From Laetmonice hystrix (taxonomy: Eukaryota): a DNA stretch of 64,000 nucleotides. The position numbers and the translations under genes were made by a program. The notes under the pieces are model-generated. The model saw nothing but the letters and a program-made list of their open reading frames with translations, was not told where the DNA came from and did not search any database. How positions within the stretch are numbered: position 1 is the stretch's first letter; each line of letters opens with the position of its first letter. The stretch is from positions 35,776,001 through 35,840,000 of the forward strand of contig OZ249436.1 in assembly GCA_965235115.1 (NCBI GenBank), given 5' to 3'. Below, in pieces: positions 12,001 to 22,643 of this stretch.

Positions 12001-15000
12001 TTGAATGACAAAATTTTTTTTTTAAATGTTCTTTTTTCATTTTCCTGCAGGTAGGATCCGCATGTACCCCAAAACATCATGTCAGCGATGACCAATTGCC
12101 CCTCACAGATGCCAGGAAATTGCATCTCAGGGGGCATTTTTTCATGGGGAGGCCCCCCCCCCGAGGGCTGCACCCTGTTACTTTCTCTTCTGTACCCTGC
12201 TATTCCTGCCAACTTTGAGAGCCCTGAGTATTTATTTATATAAAGTAGCAAATACCCTTTTGACGAATATTTTAGCAAGTCTCACCTCTTCCTCGCCCCC
12301 TTCCTCTCTCATAACTTCGCTCTCGGCTCTCTCCATCATCATCTCCTCCCCGACTTCTCTGCGCATTGCGTTCATTCTCTTCTCTCTCACGGTTTTTACC
12401 TGTAATGACATGAGACATTAACCTTTTTTTTTAGTGAACTTGTCTTCAATACTCACATTGGCAAACTATTTGGCAGTAGTATCAGTGTTCTCCACAGGAT
12501 GAAATGTCACACCAGCGGTGAGCCGGGGGTCTGGGGGCCTGTGGGGGTCCAGATCCTGACAGCCTGGATTCCTATGTTTTTTTGGGGGGTAACAAATTAA
12601 ATCTAAGGACACTTTAAATGGACAATTTAACTGTGTTACTGCTTAAAAATTGTACTTTTCACTTAGCCTATACAGGGGTGGAAATTAGGGGAAATTACCT
12701 ACTAGCCAGCAGGGCTAGTTAAGTAGAAATTTAACTAGCCCTGCTGTAAATGAACTATCCAGCAGGGCGAGTTCAGGTGAAGGGTTACTCGCCCTCCACG
12801 TGACCACTGCCCAGCCATTCAACCCACAGAAATCTGTACAGTTGAAGGTGCTACCTTGTGGCTTTAGAAGGTCTGGAATTGGGCAACTGGGGAACTTAGA
12901 ACCTACTGAACATGCTAAATTCTCTGCCCGGTAGTATCATGACGACTGCCATTGTGGGGGCAGGCGATTGCAGGAAAAAAATCACTCGCCCATTAATTTT
13001 AGACAAATCGCCAGCAGGGCGACCTGAATGGTCAGACAAGGTCGCCCAACAGAGGTTTAACTTGCCACGGGCGAGCGGGCGAGCGTTAATTTCCACCCCT
13101 GCCTATACAATATTATGGGTCCACCACAAAGGGTACACCCAACAGATCCACATCTGAGGCATGGATGCTCGGTGAAAATGCACACTGGCGGTCCCTGGGT
13201 GCTCAGTACACCGGCGGGAGACAAAAGTACACCGGAGGGCCACCTGTGTACTTTGTATGTGTGGAGAACACTGAGCATGTACAGAGCAGAGGCAATAACA
13301 TATAAACTGCATACATGTGCAAACACGATATAATTGCAAGATGGGTCAAAAAATATAGTTTGAATTTCAGTTAGAAACAGGTTACAAAGGAGTTAATATT
13401 TTCTTTAATACCATCAGACAACTGAAACTTTATTGCAAGTTCAATTAAAACAAGTGAGGATAAAATGATTTTCTTACGAGCAAGTCTAGGAGGTTGTCTA
13501 CCGCGCCTATCCCGGTCTCTTGGTGGTCCACTGTCACGTGCAACATACTCATCCCTATCACGACTCTTTTCACGTCCATCATTGTGACTATTTGACAAGC
13601 CATCAGCTGATTTTGGTACAGGTGGCTGGCTCTTCCCTTTTCGTCTTTTTCCCGTTGCTTGCCATTCTCCCTTATGTGGAAAAAAATGATATTCTTAAAA
13701 ATTCATTAGCCAAATTTTATTTCTCTTGCCATAAATGCATACCTGCCAACATTTGGTCGACGGAATCCGTAATCATCCCAAATTGACTTTTGATATTCTC
13801 TCTAAATAACTTATATGGGCCCCCTTTCTTTTATCCATCTCTCTCTCCTCTCCATTACTGACAGAAAGCACAACTCTGATTTACTAAACTTAGTCTAGAG
13901 ATCTAGTTATATGGCAGGGACCATAAACGATCTTTTTGCCAGTGAAACTCTGCCATGAGCGAAAAATTTAACATGTTTAGAGAGTAATGCAGAATGCGGA
14001 ATACCTCATTCAAATGCGGAAAGATTCCGCAGGGTTGGCAGGTATGTAAATTGTAAAATTTGTGCCTCTATCATTTTAGCCTTCGGCCCCATGGTTGGAA
14101 TCATCAATACTGCAATAAAAATTCTCTGCATGGGAAATTCTTTCGAAACAGTATCTGGCTGAACTTACCTGGTCATCCTCTCCTTCAAGTAGCATATTAA
14201 TGGCGCGAGTAGGATCATGGTCACAATCATGTAGTGCCACAATTGCAACATCTGCATCACGGCCAGTCAATTCCATCACCTACAACATGTCAATTAACTT
14301 GAGTTAAAAAAACAGCAGGGGTGGAAATTGGGGGAAATCACCTACTAGCCAGCAGGGCTAGTTAAGTAGAAATTTAACTAGCCCTGCTGTAAATGAACTA
14401 GCCAGCAGGGCGAGTTCAGCTGAAGGGTTACTCGCCCTCCACGTGACCACTGCCCGGCCATTCAACCCACAGATATCTGTACAGTCGAAGGTGATGCCTT
14501 GATGGCGCTAGAACTAGTAGAAGGTCTGGAATTGGGCAACTGGGGAACTTAGAACCTACTGAACATTCTAACTCTGCCCGGTTGTATCATGATAACTGCC
14601 ATTGTGGGGGCAGGTGATTGCAGGAAAAAATTCACTTTCCCAATAATTTTAGACAAATCGCCAGCAGGGCGACCTGAATGGTCAGACAAGGTCGCCCAAC
14701 AGAGGTTTAACTCGCCACGGGCGAGCGTTAATTTCCACCCCTGAAACAGGATTTTGGACTTGTCTTCCAGAGTCAGTCATCAGTGTTCATCACAGATTCG
14801 GATTCCAGAGAGCTAGGGCCCATCGTCCATGCAAAGTCCAGGAGGACACAAACCATGTTTTATTGAATTTCTGGTCTACTGCATATTATTCAACACACAT
14901 AATTCATAAAACAGTAAGGAGATTTTCAATCACATTATAGGAAAAGTTATGAGATTTTTGTTGATAAATACGGGAGAATATAGCTGCCCAGTCTGATCCC

Positions 15001-16244
15001 TGATTTGAAGACCTCCGAGGCAATGTCAGCCTTAAAATTTGTGAGTGTACAAAATTAAAATATATATTGCCAGGTCCCTCGCTGGCTTTCAAAACTGATT
15101 AGCCAATAACCTAGCCAAACACTTTGTTTTTATCCAAAATTCAGCAAATTCTATATGTACAATTTGCAAGAAAATTCATCAATATGGATTTTTCCTAGCC
15201 AATTTGTGGAATTAATAGCCATTGGCAACCTGACGACCCAGTAGCTTGGGCCCTGTATTGCTATTTTAGAACATGATAAATGTCACTGCCCCCCCCTCCC
15301 CACCCCGACATGAAGTTTCATGAAAGACTTCACTGCCCTGCTGCTGAAAAGCATTTGGAGTGATGCAACAAAACCACATAGACTCTTTGTTATGATAGTA
15401 CATGTAGTTGATTAACTAGCAATGGTCAACAACAAATGGCACCTGCTGAAACAAGGTAAAGGGTGGTTAAATGTGGCAAATAGACAAGATACAACTAAAC
15501 TATGTTACTTCGCCACAAAAAAATGCCCATGTATACTGAGCTATATTACAGCTCTTAATATCTTTGCTTAGACTGCATGAGTCCTTGGACTTTACTCAGA
15601 CCTCGAAGAACATGCACTAAAGCTAGATAAGTGAGCAAAATTGTAACGCACCTGCTTGACCTTAGCCTGCAGAACTGGATCCTCTATGTCATTTTTGTCT
15701 GCAATCATTTGGGCCAAACGCATCTGTTCTGGTGTGGGCTGCACAAAAAAATGATAAACCATAATATTATAATTGCCTCCAGATAAATAGATCTGTACAC
15801 AAAACAAAACAAACAGTACTGTGCACGCTTTATTTTTAAAATTTACCCCTTTAACAAGAATTCCCTCAATGCCTTAAATTTCTACATTACAGTAGAATAT
15901 ATCTACATATCTATTAATTATGATCATCCATTTCATACTCTATTATAGAACGTCTATGTCGGAACAATTCTTTAAAACCTGACAAGTCACAACTTATTTC
16001 GACATCATTTTCTTTCATTTCAATTTTTAAGGCAATTTGCCATTATTTGGGTTACAAAGATCCAGTCTGGTTTTAATCATAGTAGAGTCTATTATGTTCA
16101 TCTTAAACTGAATTTTAAAATCACACAAGGACTTACCTGATTTTTGGGTGGTCCTTCTGATTTAACATTCTGTGTCTGTTGTGTTTTAACTGTTTTGTCT
16201 TTACTAGATCTACTAGCACGCGAGGTGCCGGCTGAGCTCATCAT
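1..16244 (-). CDS. UBAP2: Ubiquitin-associated protein 2-like / lingerer ortholog (3'-truncated at window edge)
   Basis: Coding exons with GT-AG boundaries and consistent phases: 16137-16244, 15652-15738, 14169-14279, 13478-13670, 12286-12399, 10039-10292, 6141-6439, 5639-5765, 3523-3609, 1816-1899, 1222-1467, <1-120. The translation has family hallmarks: QPTPEQMRLAQMI; UBA-like VMELTGRDADVAIVALHDCDHDPTRAINMLLEG..GEW; RG/RGG tracts; EDW..EWTGSLEETKVFTAS; a Q-rich linker; and the DUF3697 motif PPPSKIPASAVEMPG..LDVQFG. The first coding exon's acceptor lies just above 16287, so a non-coding exon lies further upstream. Confidence 0.93.
911..1197 (+). mobile_element. tRNA-derived SINE with Deu/Nin-type core
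   Basis: A-box TGGCGCAGTGG at 922-932, degenerate B-box AGTTCCAGTC near 966, core GTTAAAGATCCCTTGG, 3' tail GATATAGCTGAAATACTG..CGTTAACACCAA and an (ACTC)n end. A related copy lies in reverse orientation at 45227-45477. Confidence 0.8.
4468..4531 (-). ncRNA. Candidate intronic box C/D snoRNA
   Basis: The minus strand (sense to the UBAP2 host) reads GACATC-ATGACGA(C-box variant)...TTGA(D'?)...CTGA(D box)-TGTC, with complementary termini. No rRNA target was identified. Confidence 0.25.
4666..5617. mobile_element. Non-autonomous TIR element (CAGGGG ends) containing a nested element
   Basis: TIRs CAGGGGTCGAAAAAT / ATTTTTCGACCCCTG. No clear TSD. Confidence 0.7.
5000..5455. mobile_element. Nested non-autonomous TIR element, same family as 44025-44182
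   Basis: Ends CAGGCCTCAAATTA / TAATTCAAGGCATG, flanks GGGCTG/TGGCTG (5/6 match). The subterminal GCCGTCGTGTAATT is shared, in the opposite orientation, with the 44025 copy. Confidence 0.7.
6967..7329. mobile_element. Non-autonomous TIR element (hAT-like MITE)
   Basis: Ends CAGGGTTGGACAAAT / ATTTGTCCAACCCT(t), 5-bp direct flanks TACAT. Confidence 0.7.
7685..7968. mobile_element. MITE, PIF/Harbinger-like
   Basis: TIRs GCCGATTGCAAGGAC / GTCCTTGCAATCGGC, an internal repeat of GCCGATTGCAAG and many GGTTAA motifs. Confidence 0.7.
8757..9008 (-). mobile_element. tRNA-derived SINE with V-domain core (V-SINE type)
   Basis: Minus strand: A-box TGGCCGAATGG (8995-9005), B-box GGTTCGATCCC (8929-8939), V-core GGTTTCCTCCGGGTACTCCGGTTTCCTCCACC (8841-8872), (ACCC)n tail. 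Flanked by an 11-bp near-identical TSD GACTTTGAGGT/GACATTGAGGT. Confidence 0.85.
9319..9650. mobile_element. Non-autonomous TIR element
   Basis: Ends CAGAGATGTGCCC / GGGCACATCCCT(c), 5-bp direct flanks TAGTT. Confidence 0.65.
10918..11393. mobile_element. Degenerate non-autonomous TIR element related to 4666-5617
   Basis: Ends CGGGGGTAGATTTC / GAAATCGACCCCTG. Confidence 0.5.
11926..12226. mobile_element. Non-autonomous TIR element (hAT-like MITE)
   Basis: TIRs CAGGGCTCTCAAA / TTTGAGAGCCCTG, perfect 6-bp TSD AGTATT. Confidence 0.8.
12673..13101. mobile_element. ~430-bp non-autonomous TIR element, copy 1
   Basis: TIRs CAGGGGTGGAAATT / AATTTCCACCCCTG, 6-bp TSD CCTATA. Highly similar over its full length to 14316-14743. 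Confidence 0.9.
13738..14046. mobile_element. Non-autonomous TIR element (hAT-like)
   Basis: TIRs CATACCTGCCAAC / GTTGGCAGGTATG, flanks TAAATG/TAAATT. Confidence 0.7.
14316..14743. mobile_element. ~430-bp non-autonomous TIR element, copy 2
   Basis: Same TIRs and body as 12673-13101 but a different 6-bp TSD (AAACAG), indicating an independent insertion. Confidence 0.9.
15071..15255. mobile_element. Non-autonomous TIR element
   Basis: Ends CAGGTCCC / GGGCCCTG, 6-bp TSD TATTGC. A related partial copy lies at ~40221-40395 (CAGGGCCCTCGCTGGCTTTCAAAACTGATT...). Confidence 0.75.
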
Positions 16245-16859
16245 ATACAGTATATACAAAACAGGATATATGTACAAAATAGAAAATCTGAAAGAAAATA
16301 AGAAACACTGTTGGTCAAATATGACTGATCTCAGCTCAGTTTTTAATAGGCTTGGCCAGACCACAGTACAAACCACACCACAGAAAACGTGTAGGGCCTA
16401 CACCTAGTTCTAGTCGCACCAAACATTTGGGTTACAAATGAACGTTCTGTTCATGATCTCAAAAATGACTCACGTCTCATTAACATATTAAATGACCACA
16501 CTCCGAACAAAGATACCCAGGTTCCTACGGGTGTGTATAAAAATTCTGCTAATTATTATAAGTCTTGATATTCAAACGCCATATCCGCGAACAAGACTTA
16601 GTAAATAATGAAGCGTTCACATTCCCACATTCCTAAAATAGGAACAAAAACACATCTCAAGTCCTCGCCATGTGACGCCATGCTGAATTTTAAGCAAATT
16701 TCCGGACACGTGAAAACACGTTATTATACATCAAATGCTCACAATCGGCACTCCTAACACACCTTTAAACATCGATCTTTCTATAGATCCTCATTACTTA
16801 CGAAAAGTTAAATCAGACAAGTAGAATTTCGACTATGCCCGTACATTCACATTACCTGG

Positions 16860-17100
16860 AAAATTGCGCTCACAAAAGCAGAAAGGTCACGTGACTTTTC
16901 CTGGTTCGCGCCGCCATAAAAAAATTCTTCAATAATGACGTCAGTATATAATTTCAACTACCCTTCACTGTCCGTTATTCGAAATTTGTTAAATAGACAC
17001 CAATATAGTTACATGATTAATTTCGACATTTCTAAAAAGAAAAAAAAACCACTTCGGCGAGAGGGCGACTTCCTCGGAAAAGGAATTACTTCCGGTTCAT
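16860..17100. promoter_or_regulatory. Housekeeping-type, probably bidirectional promoter of UBAP2
   Basis: CpG-enriched motif cluster: GTCACGTGAC E-box (16886-16895), CCGCCAT YY1-like (16911-16917), TGACGTCA CRE (16936-16943), ACTTCCGGT ETS-like (17088-17096). Candidate minus-strand donors at ~16856 (CAG|GTAATG) and ~16801 (C|GTAAGT). Confidence 0.6.
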
Positions 17101-18293
17101 CGCGAAGACTAATTATTAGAATTGCAGATTTAAAGCATCATCTACGGGTGGATACGATGTTATTAAATAGTCTGTGTGGCATAAGAATAAATTGGACATA
17201 TACTAATTTGGTCTTTAGATAGAAATTTTAAGATGTTTCCTGTGTTAATGCAAGGATTACTCCTTCGCAGAATATTCATGAGGAGACGGTGTCAAGAGGT
17301 CATGGGTCATATTCCTTATATGGAGAGTCATTCATTTGTTTATCCAATGAGATTGGAGCGCGAGGACGACATCACCTTGGCTACCCAAGCTTTTGGGTAT
17401 TTATTCCACACGCGCACGACAGCCTTTACTTTTGAAGTTCGGTCACTGCTGCACTGCTGTAAGGGGTGAGTAATGCTTTCTGGTAGGCCTATTCGAAGAT
17501 CATGTCGCGTTTGGGTTGAATTTCATGACTTAAGGGTTAACTATCAATTGCACGTGTCCGGCACAATATTAGTTCCCGGAACATGCTTGATTTTCGGGAT
17601 TTTCGATCAGGTTAATAGTCTGAGTGACACTGCTCTGGGTGGTAGTGCTGCCTAGTGTAGCTGTACTGTAGCCAGTGTAGGGAGCCCATCCGCCGATCAC
17701 CCGTGCCGGCTAGCAGCTAACCTACTGCAGCATGGTCAGTGTGGTACCCGGCCTACTTGCTTGTAGTACGCGGCCACGTTGGACGTTCCCCGGATCAACG
17801 GCGTTAAACGTACTTTCAATGTCGTGACATTGTCCACATCGTCAGTTTAAAAGTCAATCAATGTGACAATGACAATGTCTTCTACTTTCTAGGCTAACTA
17901 TGCCGCAACGTAATACCTAGGCTAGGCTAGATCTAGTCATACTCATACGGCCTACATTAACATAGTCAGTACAATACGCTAAGCATAATAGATCTAGGCC
18001 TAGTCTTGCTCTAACTAAACTCCATACTCTAAAGGCTTTAACGTTATGGCTTTACTGTAAACTAAAAGTAAAGGGGGTGCCCGCATTTCGCCTTTTACTA
18101 GTTTTCAAGCGTCGAGGCCTAGCTCCCTGGCTGGCTGGTTAACTGGCCTAATTGACCTTGACATATGATTCATGACATTCAATGTCATGACATTGACCTG
18201 AACTACGACACTCGTATGACATGCAGCATGTCACACTCACACTGTCACAGTCACAAGTCAGAGAATAGTAGTCTCTCTAGTCTAGTACTAGTA

Positions 18294-18358
18294 GTAGTGC
18301 TTGTATTTTGTAAACACTCCCACTGGCACTGGGAGTGTTTACAAAATACAAGCACTAC
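18294..18358. repeat. Perfect inverted repeat, 29-bp arms with a 7-nt loop
   Basis: GTAGTGCTTGTATTTTGTAAACACTCCCA-ctggcac-TGGGAGTGTTTACAAAATACAAGCACTAC. Confidence 0.95.
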
Positions 18359-19255
18359 CAGGACTCCCTTCACTCACGGTGGATCATGTAGATCTAACGC
18401 CCAGCCCCAGATCTAGTAGGTAATTGTTTAAAAAGACTCCCAGACACCTTGAGAATGGGAGCCCCAATAAAAGGGAGGGGAAAAAGCAGCAAATTGGCAG
18501 TTTATAATGTAGCCGGCAAATTTATGGCAGTTCAATCTTAAGATAGCAACTGGTGTTGCCAACCTGGGGAACCCAGAAAATCCTGTCCTATTCGGGAATG
18601 ACATGGGACCCATTCGTGCACGACAACACACATTCGCAATTACCATAAAATTAGCACCTCGAAGTTTGCTGACATGTTGACTGGCTGGTTTGCCAACTGT
18701 TCAAATTAGAAAACCATGTCAAAACTGGCCAACTTGTGATCCATGTTCTGATTGATCCTTTGACTTACAGTTACTGAAATTCCTAGAGGTGTGAAATGGA
18801 CCCGTACATCCTATAGCCTAATCCAAGCAATTTGCAATCGGTTACCAGCTAAATATAGATCTATACACTGCCATAAAATTTATAAATGATTTTATTCTAT
18901 ATGTATTCTATTTGTATTTTAAATTTGTATTTACACTAGTATAGTCTACTTAGACTAGGCTTATACCGGTACTAAATAAGTTATACTTAATTATATCTAT
19001 TGCCTAATACAGTGTAGTACTTGTAGTAAATTTAGAGTGATAGATATAGAAATTTAACATAACTATGGCAGTGCCAGTGTACATGTATGCTTATTTTTGA
19101 TAAATCTAGTTCAGATAGATCTATCAATCATAATTGTAATCCACCGTACTAGAAACTGTAGAATTTTAGTAACTAGGCCTACCAAAATAATATAAACTAC
19201 ATACGGTACTTGAGATGCCACATGAATTTATTACGTATATGGGTCAAAACACAAT

Positions 19256-19515
19256 CAGGGGTGGAAATTAAAGTTTTTAGGAACTAGACAGCCGGGCTAG
19301 TAAAGCAAAAAATCAACTAGCCCGGATGAAAAATTATTAGCCCACATGATGGAAACGTCTGATGCCCGGGTCTGTTTTGCAATTAATTAATCCCAGTCAG
19401 GCCTATCTCCAGAATATGCTACTCGCCAACCGGGCATGTGTTCTGTGAATGTCTAGTCGCCCGAGCTCGAATTCTGTCGCCTCGGTCGACCGGTCGACTC
19501 CAAATGCCACCCCTG
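19256..19515. mobile_element. Non-autonomous TIR element related to the 12673/14316 family
   Basis: Ends CAGGGGTGGAAATT / AATGCCACCCCTG, 5-bp direct flanks ACAAT. Confidence 0.75.
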
Positions 19516-22506
19516 ACAATACTGATCATTTTAAGCATCTCCCTTATTTTGAGTGCAAATAATATCTTAACATCATTAAAAAATCAGAAGGTGGGGCTCA
19601 ATTTATTATGTCACAAGCCCCAGGAGATATTTCAAGTAGTTTTTGATAGCAATTTTAGTAACCAACGGTAAAATAACCGCATGTCCATTTCCAAGACTAT
19701 TGTTTTTTTACGTTAATTGGCGTCACACAGAAAAATAGAGACGTTTTCAAACCCGCCGTGAAACTTTGTTAGTGGCTCAAATACCTTCACTCCTGAATGA
19801 AAATGTACCTTAATAATGATATATCATGGTGTATAATTAGCGATGTTTTGATACCTGGAATGGTGATCAAAAGAGAGACACAAGGCCAACATAGTGTCCG
19901 TTGGTACCCCCCGTAACGATTTTGTCCATCAATGTTACTAGCAGACACTGTACCATAAAGGGGACCTGAACATGTCGTGAGCAATGTTACCATGAAACCG
20001 TGAAATGCGTTACCAGCTACCTTCCCTCTGTAAACAGATGTTGCATAGACTTCATTTTCATTTCCTGCGGGGAAGGGGAGGGGAGGGGAGTTCAGTCGCC
20101 CGTCACCAGCAGGTAACTTGGACACAGTGACAGCTGAGGTTTGTGGCTACGTTCCTGTTTCTTTGGAGGGTTATAGCCATGCTAATGATTAGCAATAATG
20201 AGAATTTCCCATCAACAAAATAGTTTTATAATTAATTGTGGAGCTGGTTGAGTTTTAGCCGAGTTGTAGTATAGCTATACTATAGGTGGCCGGGTGTAAC
20301 GTGGACAATGTCCATGTTACCTGCTGCTAATGCAGCAAAACATTCCTGATTAACACTAAGCAAACGGAAATTTCCTTCCCTCAAAAATAACTACTGAACC
20401 AGCAGTTGTGCAGCATCACTCAGCTATATTTTGGATTTCTTTTCGATCTGCATCCAGGTCACTATTCAGTCATAAGAAGAGAAATGTCCATGTTACCTGC
20501 ACGCCAAAATCCCGTTGCTATTTCCGTCTGTTTCTTCCAATAACAAGCAAAGCCTTTATAAATTTCAAGAATTAGCCTAACGCAATTCAGTAAGAAACCC
20601 ATAGATTTCCACCCTGAGAGTATGACTTGATTGTGAGCATTATAAATTGTCCTCATTACCAACAGGCCCATAGGAATTATCCTGTTTCACTACTTTATAA
20701 CATGGAATTTTATCTTTTTGTCCAGTCTCTGTATAACAGAACTGCATTTTGATTATTTTGACATGAACTTGGGTTAGATTGATGGGTGATGAAAATTCCA
20801 TAGTCATGTAACACATTTTGGAGCAATTGTGTTTTGACCCATATATCACAAATTCCTTGAGAGCCCAATAAATCAGAAAGGAAGAAAAAAGAGTGCAAAT
20901 AAAATGAAGAACATGGTTTTATACAGGCTAACTTAAGCTACTAAATTGCTGATTTTAGAGATTCAAGATTGGGGAATTGCGCCATGGCATAGGCAGTAAA
21001 AAACATGCTTACATAATACAGTAGATTGTTCTTCTAGGTTGGTACCGGTACATTAAGATTCACATTGTTCCTTACTGTTTTAAATGTGTAACATATTATA
21101 ACTATAAGTAAGAGCAGTAACTGATGTGTACCACATAGGATCATGAATGAGCCGCAGCCATTTCCGCACAAGTAGCGCCTTTGCCAACCAGACACTGTGA
21201 CCTTGATAAAGTGACTGTGTACATGCACACATACACGTGTATACATGTGGCCTACCTTGTCAGGCTGCCGTCTGTGCTAAGTAGTATCATGTGTCATCTG
21301 TGTAAACTGATGGGAACAATGCGACCTTGAGTGTGCTTGGTTATGTACGTGTCATACTTTTATATCATTGTGATCACTGTGTGACCTTGATATTGTTGAT
21401 GTTGAAGGTGACTCTGTAGGCCTTTCTAGACTAGCTGACCCATAAACTAACTGGCAATACGTGCTGGTTTTCTGGCAAAACTCCAGTGTGTGCATGGCCC
21501 AGTCTGGGCAAGTGAACTGGAAATATGCACCTGCAATGTTTTAGGCCCAGCTCGATCTGTGTAAGTCCCTTACAAGTTAAGTACCTTTCATCTTAGCAAT
21601 ACAATGACTGTACTGTGCACAATAACCTGCTATGCCTGTCAACCATACTGACAAATTGTGGTTGCCCGAGGGCTACTGGGGTGCATTTCAATAAAGCCCA
21701 AAGATATCTTTGAAAACCTTGCTGGAGCCAGGTGCGAGGTTTTTATTGAAACACTCGCTCTCTCCCCATCCAGACTGCACTAGTCCAAAAGACATCTTAG
21801 GCAAAGATATCTTTGGCAAAGATATCTTTTGATATTGAAACACATATTTTGGAAGCATTATCCTGACAGACATTTGTCCCACCATAGTTAAATTTTACAC
21901 AAGTTTACTATTTGGAAGTTATTTGAAAATAAATTTCAAAATGAGTAAGTGATATGGTTGGAATTCTTCTGATAAAAATAGGGGCAACCACGTCAAATTA
22001 TGCCATGTATACAACCACTACCACAGAAAGTGATAGCCCCCTGGACAGCTGCTTTAAAATGTGATTTGTCGAGCACTGTCGGGCCATCATTTTCAGGCCA
22101 GTGAAGATTTATCCTTGTTAGCAATATTTAGCAAATAAAATATTTTCTAGCAGTAACGGGAGACCTTTGACAGAATTGTCAGTAGTTTTTAGTAAGTATT
22201 TTAATATCCAAGAACTGTGATTTTGTATTGCAACTTATAATGCCTTCTAAGTTTCTATACATGTCTTAACACCTTGATGGTACTGTACATGTTCAGGTAT
22301 TTCCAAGTCGGCAGGACTCCCAAGTGTCGACCCAACAACTTCACAATGAACGACCAACAAACATTTTGTTCTTTATGGTTTGCACGACATTGCCTTCTTA
22401 GCATGCCCATCCACACATATTAGCCCAGTGAAATGCTGGGTTGGCAGCAGAGTTTGCCACCTTGTCACATTCGTCCATAAGCTTCGTAGCGACTCCTTTT
22501 ACCTTC

Positions 22507-22643
22507 CTGGCCCCAGTTTCAGAAAGATTAAGATCTTAAGTTAAGCACTACTTAGGGCCCCTCATTGGCTGGTTGAAACTGAGCAGAAGAGGACCTGAGC
22601 ATAAATAGGCTAAGATGCTAACCTTTCTGAAACCGGGCCCCAG
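22507..22643. mobile_element. Short MITE, PIF/Harbinger-like
   Basis: Inverted ends CTGGCCCCAGTTTCAGAAAG / CTTTCTGAAACCGGGCCCCAG. Confidence 0.7.

Noticed and set aside
18309..18328. Resemblance of TGTAAACACTCCCACTGG to miR-30
   Set aside because: miR-30 is vertebrate-restricted, and the match runs into the loop of a perfect palindrome; likely coincidence.
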